Assembly: GCF_001194135.2 (NCBI RefSeq)
Contig: NC_068987.1
Coordinates: 11,938,627-11,979,426, forward strand
From: Octopus bimaculoides
Lineage: Eukaryota
Length of the DNA: 40,800 nt
Reading direction: 5' to 3'
In this document: positions 20,040 through 32,341 of the stretch, piece after piece
How the letters are laid out: the number at the start of each line of letters is the position of its first letter
How positions within the stretch are numbered: position 1 is the first letter of the stretch
The notes under the pieces: generated by a model
What the model was told of the DNA's origin: nothing
Seen by the model: only the letters and a program-made list of their open reading frames with translations
Database searches by the model: none
Position numbers and translations under genes: made by a program

Positions 20040-21694
20040 TTCTGTCTACTGTAGGCAGAAAGTCGGTTCTATCGATCCCAGTGTGTTTCTGGTATTTATT
20101 TTATAGACCATGGGAAGGTGAAAGTCAAATTCGACTTCGGTAGTATTTGAACTCAGAACGTAAGGAACCTGAAAAGATTCTGCTTAACATTTTGTCCGAC
20201 GCGCTAACGATTCTGCCATGTCGCCGCCTTTAACATATTGGTTTCAGGTTTTGGCACAAGGCCAGCAAATTTCGGGGGACGGGGACTGGTCGATTATGTT
20301 GACCCCAGTGTTTCACTAGTACTTAATTTATCGACCCCGAAAGGATGAAAGGCAAACTCAACCTTGGCAGTATTTGGACTCAGGATTATGTGAACAATGT
20401 TTTCGAATAATTGTTCGAAAACAACTATTCGGAAACAGTTATTCGAAAAACATTTATTCGAATGGAGAATTATATGAATGAAAATTATTTAAAAGAACAA
20501 TTATACGAAATGTTAATTATTTAAAATTCTTTATTTTATTTAAATAAAAATGATAAAACTAAAACACACGAATGATATTTATTTCGAATAACTGTTTTCA
20601 AACAATTGTTTTCGAACACTTTTCGTGATACGGAGCTCAGAACGTAAAAATCCGGAAGAAAACAACCAAGCATTTTGTCCGACGCGCTAACGATTCTGCC
20701 AGCTCGCAGTTGCTGTATAATAAGAGTTCGTAAGAAAGAAAAAGAAATGAATTAAAGTAAGTTGATGGACAGGGAAGTATAAAACATCCAGCATCGTCTG
20801 TTCTCCTTCATCTAAATAGTGTCGTCGACATAAACAAGACAACGATGATAACACAGAAACGACACAAAACAGGAAATCCTATACAGACAGTAGTCTTTAA
20901 CTATCCCATTAATAATTATTTCTAAATCAGGCACAAGTCCTGACATTTGGGAAGGAAAGAGGTTTTAGTCTGTAGGATCGACTCCAGTACATGACTGCTG
21001 CTTTATTTTATCGACCCCAGTAAGAATGAAAATTAGAGTTTATTTGGGCAGGATTTGAACTCGTGCTACCCTATCCTACCAATAATTGTCTTAAACTTTG
21101 GCTCAAAACCAGTAATTTTAGGAGGAATATATTAGTCGATTGCATCAATTCTCAGTGCTTAACTAGTACTTTATTTTATCGAATCCAAAAAAATGAACGC
21201 AAAGTTGACATCGGCGGGATCTGAACGCCGAACGTAAAACGTCAGAAGGTTTGCTGCTAAGTACTTTGCCCGACACGCTTCTCCCAGATAGCCGCCTTCT
21301 TTCCAGCCAATAATTCTTTCTATTATAGGCACTACATCGACTCTAGTGCTCAACTGGTGCTTATTTTATAGACCCCGAGAGGATGAAAGGCAAAGTCGAC
21401 CCCGGCGGTATTTGAACGCCGAACGTGAAATCTGAATAAATGTCGCGAAGCATTTTTTCCGATGTTCGAACGATTCTGCCAATTATTATTTATTGATTTA
21501 AAATTTTGGCACAAGGCCAGAAATTTCGAGCGGGGAAATAAATCGATTATATCGACCTCAGTGTTCAACTAGTACTTATTTTATCGAAAGGATAAAAGGC
21601 AAAGTCGACCTCGGTGGAATTTGAACTCAGGACATAAAGACGGACGAAATACTGCTAAGCATTTTGACCGGCGTGCTAACGATTTTGTCAGTTA
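20040..21694 (-). mobile_element. Cluster of six family B SINE copies, all on the minus strand (about 20040-20231, 20236-20712, 20917-21065, 21086-21299, 21309-21483, 21492-21694)
   Basis: Repeated TTTATCGACCCC/GGATGAAAGG/TTTGAAC cores in one orientation. Confidence 0.88.
20383..20631. mobile_element. 249-bp MITE nested in a family B SINE, with a degenerate 8-bp TSD and subterminal inverted repeats
   Basis: Splits the SINE motif TTTGAACTCAGAACG. Flanks are TGGACTCA (20375-20382) and GGAGCTCA (20632-20639). 35-bp inverted repeats at 20414-20448 and 20582-20616 match at 31/35. Confidence 0.8.
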
Positions 21695-22164
21695 TACATT
21701 ACAAGAATATAATTATTATCAAATATTTCGATGTTACATCCGCTGGGATCATAAGTATCATGAATAAGTTCCCATGTAGAAATAGGAGTTGTCCCCTCTA
21801 TAATAATTGCTACATTGCCCTGACATTTACAGCGTTTGACTCTTTGCATCTTCATGAGAAGGCCATAAGTTCGCATTTCTTATGTCCACAGAACCAAACT
21901 AGAAAAAATTCCAGTGGGAGAAATATTGAAATTAAAATTGGAAACAACCATAAGCAAAGAAAAATGGTAATTTAATTTTATTACAATAAATTTATACAAA
22001 CCCCTAGACGAATAATTAACATATATAATTCTAATTAACACAAATAAGGCTCTGTGTCAATTCAGTAACTTTGATTATTTGTATGCACAGTCAAAATTTT
22101 TCCAGTTAAAAACTTTTGACTGCGGCACAATACCAGCTATTTTGAGAGGAAGAATAATTTATAT

Positions 22165-22520
22165 CAAAGGTTCTCAACGGGGGCCATTTGGAGCTCGGTT
22201 GGGCGTTTTGGAACAAAGGGGCATGGGAGGGGGGGCGTTAAAAGATTTGTGGGGAGTTAAAAGACTTGGGGAGCGTTAAAAGACTTGGGGAGCGTTAAAA
22301 GACTTGGGGGCGCTTGGGGCCGCTGGAAGATCCTCAGCTTTGGTAAGTTTAATTTGAAATTAACGAGTAGCGGCCATATTTTCACATCTCTGTGACAGTT
22401 TAAAAAAAAAAACATGTCATTTTGTTTCAAATTTTCAAAAACTTAAAACACTTTTTCCACTTTAACGACCCCAAGCAAATTCCTGGTACCATGTGGTGTC
22501 GCTAAAGTGAAACCTCCAAA
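22165..22520. mobile_element. Possible hAT/Charlie-like fragment
   Basis: CAAAGGTTCTCAAC resembles the Charlie-type terminus CAGGGGTTCTCAA. No matching other end or TSD was found. Confidence 0.3.
22237..22312 (+). repeat. 19-bp G-rich minisatellite, 4 units
   Basis: GTTAAAAGACTTGGGGAGC-type units start at 22237, 22256, 22275 and 22294. Confidence 0.92.
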
Positions 22521-23309
22521 ACAGAAACAAAAACTAAAAACAGACGACTACAAGGAAAAAATAATGAATAAAAGCGAAAAGCTGAATGAGTGTGTATGTG
22601 TGTGCTTGTGTGCAAATATATAAAGAATGGTGGCCAGAATTTTGGAACGAACAAGCTGGCTTTTGAGAGCGGCTGATAGGTCTGTATTTGTGCATATGTG
22701 TATATGTATGAATATGTTTATATGTATATGATTGCGTGTGTTGCCGTTTTGAATTCCCTTCTGTGATTGAACTTAAACTGATCCCTGACTATTAAAGAGC
22801 CAACCACACACGCGCACACGCATTTGTTTTAAGTTTTGTACACATTTGAACTGCGACCATACACAAGATAACGTGGTAAGTCTTATGGTTTGAAATTTAA
22901 ATTTTGAATTTGTTTTAATTATAAAATTACACCTCAGCTAAAAACACATCTTTTGGCTTTTGACAAACAGAAGCTTTTCTTTCTCTTTCTATATTTTTTT
23001 GTTAGGTTAGTTTTTCTCTGTTTTGGTCAGTATTTTCCAATTTCCTGTATCAAGCAATGGACAGAAGCATTAAAAAAACTAAATTGATAGAGCCGAACAA
23101 AATCAAAAATATTAATTTTAAACGTAATGATGGAGGGGAGTAAACATTTTCTCTTTCCTTAATACTAAGAAGAGCATAGTATGAGGGATATTTGGCTGTT
23201 ATTTCTAGCAAACTGAATTGAGAGTACCTCATTGGCTCATTTGTTGATGTGTATAAGTCAACAAAAACTAAAGGAAAAACAGACAGTAGCAAACACACAC
23301 ACACACGTG

Positions 23310-23341
<32 letters not shown>

Positions 23342-23360
23342 TGTATGTATGTATGTATAT

Positions 23361-23391
<31 letters not shown>

Positions 23392-24039
23392 TATATATCT
23401 ATATATATATATATATATNNNNNNNNNNNNNNNNNNNNNNNNNNNNNNNNNNNNNNNNNNNNNNNNNNNNNNNNNNNNNNNNNNNNNNNNNNNNNNNNNN
23501 NNNNNNNNNNNNNNNNNNNNNNNNNNNNNNNNNNNNNNNNNNNNNNNNNNNNNNNNNNNNNNNNNNNNNNNNNNNNNNNNNNNNNNNNNNNNNNNNNNNN
23601 NNNNNNNNNNNNNNNNNNNNNNNNNNNNNNNNNNNNNNNNNNNNNNNATATATGGCATTACTACAGATTTCTGCTCCACACCTCCGACTTTGGATGATCA
23701 TAACTTTCAGAAAAATGGATATTTTTTAATGACATTTTCTACGAATATGTGTTATATCATGTAGATTTCGAATATACAAAATTTTTGGGGACAATGTTTT
23801 AGGAGGGGGTGGGATGGGGAATTTCCGAAAATTCACTGGAGTCTTAAATTTCGTCTTAAATTTCAAGAAAATGCAGGTGTTTCGGAAAAAGTCGTCCACA
23901 TTTCTCTCATTTTCTCTGTTTTGTGCGTTTGTGCATCCGTAGATTTCTACAGAAGCAACAAACAGGCAATTAAGGCAAATGAAGCCCTCTCCAGAAAACT
24001 CGTTATGCTAAAATAACAGCTAAAGGTCTGGTACACAGA

Positions 24040-24216
24040 AATATGTTATAAAGACGACTTATCTATTCGTCAGTCTTTTCGTTCTGAGTTCAATTCCCAC
24101 CATAGTCGACTTCGATTTTCCTCCTTTCGAGGTCAATAAAATAAATACTGGTCGGTATCATCGACCTCCTCTCCCCCTAAATTGCTGGCCTTGTGCCATA
24201 ATTTGAAACCAATATT
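24040..24216 (+). mobile_element. SINE family B, diverged and partly deleted
   Basis: TTCTGAGTTCAATTCC B box, CCTTTCGAGGTCAATAAAATAA core and GGCCTTGTGCCATAATTTGAAACC tail. Confidence 0.75.
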
Positions 24217-25061
24217 TTTTTTATCGCATATTTTGATCTATGAATCAAAGTGTTTTATGTCTACTCATGCATTTTTTGATGGACAGTGAATGCAACTACA
24301 ATGTGACGTTTAGAATATTGTCATTTGTAAATTCAGCAAAATACTTTCATTCTTCCTGTTCTCGAATGTTCTGTGATTCAAATTAAATTAGAAATCAGAT
24401 ATCCAACGGAGATATTATATGATATTTATAACCAAATTTATTGTCGTTGCATATAAATAGTATATAGTGAGTAAGTGAATACTAAACGATTGACTTTTGA
24501 ATAAGAAATATAATACGTTGTGGTAATATAAATATTAACAATATAATTATTCGTTAATAAATTTAAGAGCTCTGTGCAGATAACTGAGTACATATCGAAA
24601 CCTAATCGCGGAAACTGAAGATAACTTAGATTACTAACCTTTTACATTCTAATGATATCAACATTTTCTCACTTAAATGACAAAGATAGTCGTTTATGTG
24701 ACATTTGCTTACATATTCTGTTAATCAAATTGACTCCCAACAATATAGTTGTTATGTATCAATTACATATTGACATTAACCCACGACGAAAATGCTTGTA
24801 GTTGATCAGATTCAATGTTTGGCGATGCAGTATACATAAAAGGAAGAGTTATTCTACTATATATCAGTATTAGTTTGTTAGCTGTTTGATTGGAACTAAT
24901 AGAAATTTCTTGAATTCATCCTATTATGAAAGGACTATGTTTGATAACATCATCTCGTTTGTCATTATTTTTTTTTTGTTGTTGTTCAATCTTGAGTAGT
25001 TCCTAACTGAACGGACAGATCAAAGGGCGTTCAAATCACCATCAATATTTGAGACGGTGTT

Positions 25062-25515
25062 AAGACGGCGAGCCGACAGAATCGTTAACACGCCAGGCAA
25101 AATGCTTAGTAACACTTTTTCCCTCTTTACCTTCTGAATTCAAATTCTGCCGAGGTCAACTTTGCCTTTCATCTTTTCAGAGTCGATAAAATAAGTACCA
25201 GGTGAGCTCTTGGATCGATACAATCGACTTATTCTTGCCCTTGAAACTGCTGCTGGCCTTGTGCCAAAATTTAAAACCAATATTTAAGATGGTCTGAGGC
25301 GCTGAACTGCTAGAATCGTCAGCATGCCGGGCCAAATGTTTAGCGGCATTTCATCCGTTTTTACGATCTGAGTTCAAATTCGGCTGAGGTCAATTTTGTC
25401 TTTCATTTTTTCTTCGTTGATAAAATAAGCACCAATTAAAAAACTGGGGTCGATGTAATCGACTTACTCCTATCCCAAAGTTGCTGGCTCCCCCAAAATT
25501 TGAAACAAGTATTTA
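25062..25515 (+). mobile_element. Tandem dimer of family B SINEs
   Basis: Two full units (about 25062-25286 and 25297-25515), bounded three times by an A(A/G)TATTT(A/G)AGA(C/T)G motif. Confidence 0.88.
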
Positions 25516-25779
25516 AGATGATAGGGTGTTATTTGAAGAGTAGTTAGATGGTATTTCTAGTAGGCTGAAATACCAACTATATAAAGTAACTGTATAAAGG
25601 TTCTGTCGTTGGCCCGTGATGTCATGGTTTTTGTTAGAGAGAGGAGTTTGACATTGAAGATCTAATACGTAGAACTGAGTCACTGTTTTGAAGTAGAGTG
25701 CTTATCATTTATAAGTACATTATGCAGTGTTTCAGCTCTTAAATACTCTGAACTATGTCTACATTATTTAGTTCAGATA

Positions 25780-26130
25780 TCACTCACGCTCTTGGCCCTC
25801 CTCAAAGTTATCCCTCCACTGATCTATGTTCTAAGCCTTCTTGTCCAGTACCACCGCCCCCGCCACCTTGTCTTGTCTAGATCTTTTTACTTCGTTCTTC
25901 AGGTCATCGTCGCCAGGAGATCTTTTGTCTTTCTCTCTTTCGCATTAGAGGATTCCATCAGAGGGTTTCCCTGGCGGTAGTGTACAGAACTTCTGAAGAG
26001 GTATCCAATCCAGCATCATTGTTCCCCGTTTGATCTTCGTATCATTAATGTTTACTTCCAGAAGGCTATATAACATTTTTTCGAACGATAAGCCCTAGAT
26101 GTTTTCCTAACTCTGCGGCAGTAATTGATA
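25780..26130 (-). pseudogene. Decayed RTE-clade LINE, C-terminal end of the RT ORF
   Basis: Minus-strand translation across stops and frameshifts gives WIGYLFRSSVHYRQ, WNPLMRKRERQKISWRR and A*NIDQWR. These match the typical RTE motifs WIGHTLR, WNPQGKRKRGRPKxTWRR and AQDRxxWR. Confidence 0.7.
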
Positions 26131-26170
26131 AACATCTGTATCTTCTTGAAGATGACTTTTGTCGATGTAT

Positions 26171-26217
<47 letters not shown>

Positions 26218-26844
26218 NNNNNNNNNNNNNNNNNNNNNNNNNNNNNNNNNNNNNNNNNNNNNNNNNNNNNNNNNNNNNNNNNNNNNNNNNNNNNNNNNNN
26301 NNNNNNNNNNNNNNNNNNNNNNNNNNNNNNNNNNNNNNNNNNNNNNNNNNNNNNNNNNNNNNNNNNNNNNNNNNNNNNNNNNNNNNNNNNNNNNNNNNNN
26401 NNNNNNNNNNNNNNNNNNNNNNNNNNNNNNNNNNNNNNNNNNNNNNNNNNNNNNNNNNNNNNNNNNNNNNNNNNNNNNNNNNNNNNNNNNNNNNNNNNNN
26501 NNNNNNNNNNNNNNNNNNNNNNNNNNNNNNNNNNNNNNNNNNNNNNNNNNNNNNNNNNNNNNNNTTTTTTCTTCTTTTTTATCTTCTTGTTTTTTCTTCT
26601 TGTTTTTGCCTTTGTGAGTTACAAGTGATGCTATCTGTGAGATTCTCAGCTTTTTTAGCTGCTATTTTCTGAACTTCGGTATATGGTGAAGCAAATATTT
26701 TGCTGATCCCTTAATTATATTTATAAATATATGAGCTTTTGAATAAGTTCTCCACCAATAATGGTGCTTTCATACCGATGGGCTTGGTAAAAATTATTAA
26801 TTGTTAATTGATTTATTAATTAATAAATTGATAATCCTTTACCC

Positions 26845-26880
<36 letters not shown>

Positions 26881-27298
26881 GTCGGCCATTTGTGATTGTA
26901 CACAACATAATAACCGGAGTATAAATCTGTGTTCACTTTCGAAAGTATGAGTTTGTCTTCAAATATTGTTTGTTCACGTTAGCGATGTTACTGACCCAAC
27001 CTTGGTGCTTTACTATTTAAGGACCTATTCGCTTGAATCCTGAAATGTATACGCGCGCGCGCACACACACACACGCGCACATATCACTGTCGGCGGCGGC
27101 GTTGGCTCGTAACCGAGTAGTAGATATGTAAACAGTGATTAAGGTTCTTCATCTTGATGGGTGCGAAGAGTGTCGATGTCTGAGGTGGCGATAAATTCTC
27201 GGGGCATTTATCGCAGTGGAGAGTTGGTGGGGAACAAGCAAGAGGGAGTGGCTCTTTGCATCTTCGATGTTTGAACTCTCCTTCTTGACGTCTATTAT

Positions 27299-27450
27299 GT
27301 GACGAACTTCTGTGTATCAAATTCACTCACAAGGCAACGTGCCAACCCGGGGCATAAGCAAGAAACTCTTCTCCAAGATGTCGCATAGTAGGATCGAACC
27401 CGAACTCACATGGCTTCAATACGGTCTTCTTAGCCACTTAACCATGACTA
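27299..27450 (-). mobile_element. SINE family A 5' half, highly diverged
   Basis: CAAATTCACTCACAAGGC and GATCGAACCCGAACTCACATGG correspond to the family A head in reverse. Confidence 0.65.
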
Positions 27451-27499
27451 TTGTCAGAAATTATTTCTGAGCCCTGAACATTATTAAGCATGTTCGCAA

Positions 27500-27610
27500 G
27501 ATTGAAAGCAACATTCTGACTTCAAATCGGGCCGAGGTCTGCCTCACTGTTCATCCTTTCGAAGTCAATAGAATAAAGTACCAGCCAATTACAAGAGATT
27601 TAATCAACCA
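27500..27610 (+). mobile_element. SINE family B core fragment
   Basis: TTCTGACTTCAAATCGGGCCGAGGTC...TTCATCCTTTCGAAGTCAATAGAATAAAGTACCAG. Confidence 0.7.
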
Positions 27611-27734
27611 TTTCATCTTCTATTTCCTCTTTTTCTTTTTTTACTTTTGTACTTATGTTGGAAGCAAATATTATACATGGTTGTTTTTTGACAACATTTT
27701 CTGCCTTGTAAGGATAAAAATTCTGCTGTTTTAA

Positions 27735-27939
27735 CCCTTTTGTTACCATATTTCTGTCAATATATGTTGCCTTTGTTTCAATTAATTTCTAAAATAATGA
27801 AATATTTAGTAAAATACCTCTATCATTATTGAGATGGGGTCTGGAACAAATTTGGAAGATTATAATTCAGACTACTTAAAAGCAGCAAGTTTATGTCAGA
27901 GACCCTCGGACAGTCTCGGGTAGGTTGGTATCAAAAGGG
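27735..27939. mobile_element. piggyBac-type MITE, 205 bp
   Basis: TTAA target duplication at 27731-27734 and 27940-27943. Termini CCCTTTTGTTACCA and TGGTATCAAAAGGG match at 13/14. Confidence 0.88.
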
Positions 27940-28384
27940 TTAACGGTGATACTGCGTTCGAAATATCAGCTTCTTGTTTGTATCGTGCGATACACATTCG
28001 ACGCTTCTAAAAAAACAAATATAAGTTTGTGTATATACACACGTGATTGTTAAATATTATACCTGCTTTTGTAGTTTTAATTAATTCATATTGAAACTAG
28101 AACTAAAACTCGAATCACGAACGCTCATCTTTTAAAACTCGTTTACGTTTTATAAAGATGCTTGCCCAGTTGCTACAAACTATTAGTTCGCGAGCCAGTA
28201 TTGAGTTCTGTTCAATCCCAGACTTCAAATCTTTTCAAGGTTTAATTCTATCTTAACCTCTGTCCAAGAGATTTTTACCATTTAGAAGCATTTATATACT
28301 GGATTCACCAAAACGCCTATACTTCTCTACGCCTACTTCTTCAAAGGACGATATTTTCTGCCAAGTCAAATAATAAAATCAATA

Positions 28385-28425
28385 AGTATGTTTCATACAC
28401 ACACACACGCACATACATACATACA

Positions 28426-28459
<34 letters not shown>

Positions 28460-28719
28460 CACATATGCACGTGTATATATCTATACATATATATGTATGA
28501 GTGCGTGTGTGCGTATATATATTCATATATATATGTACATACATATATGCATATACAGATAAACACAAACACACATACGTGTGTTTGTGTGTACATATTT
28601 ATATGTATATATTTATATGTGCGTATATCTATGTATATGCATGTGTGTATGTATACACGCACACAAACACACATATATATATATATGCATGTGTAAGTGT
28701 GTTTTCTANNNNNNNNNNN

Positions 28720-28772
<53 letters not shown>
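28385..28772 (+). repeat. Compound (CA)/(ACAT)/(TA)/(TG) microsatellite field with a small gap
   Basis: Direct reading. Confidence 0.9.
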
Positions 28773-28773
<1 letters not shown>

Positions 28774-28939
28774 TATGAACATTGTTATTAGTTCTTCCGA
28801 AATCAAAAGTAAAAGACGAGAACAACAACAATTACATCAGCCGGATATTTAAATTATATTATTTTGGAGCAAAAAGTCTAATACATTTAATTCGAATTCT
28901 ACGAACGAATAAATACAATGATGTATGGTGGTACTTTTT

Positions 28940-28961
28940 GAGTTTTTATGTATGTGTGTGT

Positions 28962-29009
<48 letters not shown>

Positions 29010-29181
29010 AATATGTGTGTATGTGTGAGAGAGAGAAAAATGTGTGTGTGTGAAAGAGAGAGAGAGAGTAATGTGTGTGTGTGAAAGAGAGAGAGAGTGA
29101 AATGTGTGTGTGGAGGAAAGAGAGAGAGAGAAATGTGTGTGTGAAAGAGAAAGAGAGAGAGAGAAATGTGTGTGTGTGTGT

Positions 29182-29216
<35 letters not shown>

Positions 29217-29230
29217 GTNNNNNNNNNNAA

Positions 29231-29277
<47 letters not shown>

Positions 29278-29300
29278 AGAGAAATGTGTGTGTGTTTGTA
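28940..29300 (+). repeat. Higher-order compound repeat of alternating (GA)n-AAT-(GT)n blocks
   Basis: About 10 recurrences of GAGAGAAATGTGTGTG with variable run lengths. Confidence 0.9.
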
Positions 29301-29524
29301 CTCATTTAATATGTATGAGTTTATTAAGCGTGGTTTCATATAGTGTGTGTATGTATGCGTGTCCTTTGTGTGCGAGAGTGCGTGTCTGTGTTATGTGATT
29401 GTGTTGTATGTGGGTGCTTGGGAATTTTATAATAAACGCACATCTCTTGTTATAGATACACTTTTTCATCTGCAGAAGCATCTACAGTTATGAACAAACT
29501 TTAAAACACATACACACATTCACA

Positions 29525-29559
<35 letters not shown>

Positions 29560-30546
29560 TCTCTCTCTCTGTGTCTCTGTCTCTGTCTCTCTGAGTGTCT
29601 GTCTCTTTCTCTCTCTCACACACACATATACACATACATTCACACACAAGCACATACCAGAACAAAAGGACTATGCTCAACGCTTGAGAAGAGTCTCCAC
29701 GACACGCTCTGCTAATTTCTCAGACTAAGATTCATGCTCGGATCAAACGACAAACAACGATCACCTTCGTAGATGAGAAAAATAAGCACATAAAACTTGT
29801 CACCAGCGAAATTAGCAACTTGTAGGTACATTTGCAAACCAATAAACAAGACTCAAAGTGTTCACTCAGCCATATAGAAATAGCAGCCAAATCGCTTTCT
29901 TATCAACCCTTGCGTTCGTTTTGTTCTTTTTTTTTTTCAGTTTTTTCAAATCTCAAAGAAACAACATAATGGATGATGCAAGCTAAGATTCAACACTTTC
30001 TTTTACCTGTCTTAGTTATTGGATTATGGACATGCTGGAGCAGTAATCGGACAACGCAACTACAGTACAAATTTAGTTTAAGGTTAGTTTTATTGTATCG
30101 GCCTCTTCTATCAAACTGCTATGTTACAAGTAAGTATACGAGCCAATACCGGTTGTCAAACACTCACTCGCCCACACAAGGACGCGCGCACACACACACA
30201 CACACAAACACGCATAAACGTCTATGTTTCATCAAGGTCAATCTTTGCCAAGGGGCTTCACTTTTCATGTTTTAGCTTCGTTACTATGGCAAGAGTCCGG
30301 ATGCTTATTGACCAGACCTCGTATATGCATATTTATATGAGAATTTGGAGGGATATGTTATCCGAGCGGATAACATATTGGCTCTCAGTTAAGTTCCAGT
30401 TAACAGCTAATCTCTTTTACCAGTATTTAATGTCTGTGGCTACTATTTGCTGCTAGTCACTCCGTGGATTCTTCTGATGGGTTATTCCGTGTAAGCTTCG
30501 CTGGACTGTAAAAATTGTCCGGAGTATATATCATTATTAATAACAA

Positions 30547-30804
30547 AGAGTATGGAAACTTGTTCAATCATAAAATTTATTTCATAATTTTATACAGCAT
30601 ATTATAATGATCTATACCTATTTCCACTGCACCGACAACTCACGGTTGGATGACCAAATGGATGGACCCCGACGAAGCTGCACCGATAATACAAGGTTGC
30701 ATCTGCAACCGTGAGTAGTGGGTGCAGTGGCAATACGGGTAGGTCATTATAATATGCTATACAAAATTAAATAAATTTTATGGCTGAACAAGACTCCATA
30801 TTCT
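30547..30804. mobile_element. Foldback/MITE-like element: about 105-bp inverted repeats with a 47-bp spacer
   Basis: 30547-30652 aligns to the reverse complement of 30700-30804 at about 82% by hand (14 mismatches, 5 gap positions). Confidence 0.85.
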
Positions 30805-31198
30805 CTACAACCAATATANNNNNNNNNNNNNNNNNNNNNNNNNNNNNNNNNNNNNNNNNNNNNNNNNNNNNNNNNNNNNNNNNNNNNNNNNNNNNNNNNN
30901 NNNNNNNNNNNNNNNNNNNNNNNNNNNNNNNNNNNNNNNNNNNNNNNNNNNNNNNNNNNNNNNNNNNNNNNNNNNNNNNNNNNNNNNNNNNNNNNNNNNN
31001 NNNNNNNNNNNNNNNNNNNNNNNNGTATATGTATGTGTGTAAGTGTGTATGTATGTATGTGTATAAAGACAAACAAACATACGCACACATATATATAAAT
31101 ACACGCATATACGTATATATGATATATATACGTATGTATATATATATATGTATATATACTATATATACATATTTATGTGTACACACACACATACAAGC

Positions 31199-31229
<31 letters not shown>

Positions 31230-31342
31230 TCAGATCGACGCTAACGTATAACCCTAACCTTAACCACGATCCACCTTGTTAACCATACACTTGGCGAACA
31301 GCTTAATGTGAACTCCGAGTCTTTGATCTCCTATTATTGCTA

Positions 31343-31346
<4 letters not shown>

Positions 31347-31416
<70 letters not shown>
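31347..31416 (+). repeat. (TG)n microsatellite
   Basis: Direct reading. Confidence 0.97.
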
Positions 31417-31418
<2 letters not shown>

Positions 31419-32162
31419 TGTCTCTCTGTCTATCTGTCTGTGTATCTGGGCATTACAAAACGTTGCTTTGCAATCACGTGTTTTTCCGAGTTTGATTTCA
31501 TTGGGTGGCTTCTTGGACAAGTGTCATTTTTTTTTATAGCCACGGGTGGATCCATAACATATTAACGTGTGAGTGAAATTGGATAGATGGAGACTGTATT
31601 GAAGCTCGCCAGACCGATTGTATCAGGGCTTTAAAGGGCCAAGCCTGTTACATTTTATGTCACGCTGATTCCCCCAGAGAATTGGTGTAATGGTGCTTGT
31701 GCATGTGGAGTACTTAACTGCTTACACGAGGTTGTTATTTTAGTTGAACGAACAATTGAACTCTCTCTCTCTGTATATGTGTGTATACGGGTGTGTGTGT
31801 ATGTGTATGTGTGCACATGAGTGTGTGCATTGTGTACATATGTATGTATGTATGTATGTATGTATGCATGCATTCATACATGCGTGTATGTATGTATGAA
31901 TGTATGCATATATGTATATATGCATGTATGAAGACATGTAGGTAAGTATTCGTTAAGTGCGACAGAGGCAGTATTAGTTTAAAATGGCAATTTGTGTATC
32001 ATACTTAAAACACATGCATCATTAAAAGCCCTATTGAACCTTGGTATTCGGCGTGAGATAGTATCACTAAAAGATATACAGTATTAAAAAACGCAAAAGT
32101 ATATCAGTAGCAGATTTTGTATAAACATACATACATACATGCATACATATATATATATCATA

Positions 32163-32341
32163 TGTGTCTGTGCGTTCGACCGTCGTTCGTGCAGTGTCCC
32201 CATCTACGGTCTCTAACACACAAGATGTCATTCAATCCGATGCTAGAGAGGAAAACTCCTACCAACATTTCTTCGTATTGAGATCGAACCCGGAAACAAC
32301 ATGGTTGCAAAATAGACTGCTTAACGACACGGCCATGTCTG
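32163..32341 (-). mobile_element. SINE family A-like 5' part, highly diverged
   Basis: GATCGAACCCGGAAACAACATGGTTGC...CTTAACGACACGGCCATG is the reverse of the family A tRNA-like head. Confidence 0.6.

Noticed and set aside
23650-23900. Probable DNA-transposon fragment (GATCATAACTTTCAGAAAAATGG...) next to a gap
   Set aside because: No termini, TSD or second copy is visible.
27188-27214. 9-bp hairpin GCGATAAAT/ATTTATCGC
   Set aside because: Too short and isolated; compatible with chance or a decayed repeat.
31245-31268. TAACCCTAACCTTAACC telomere-like motif
   Set aside because: Only about three degenerate units, so not an interstitial telomere array.
31625-31760. Segment recalling the 3' body of an octopus SINE
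   Set aside because: Recognition rests on memory only, and there is no second copy in the window.
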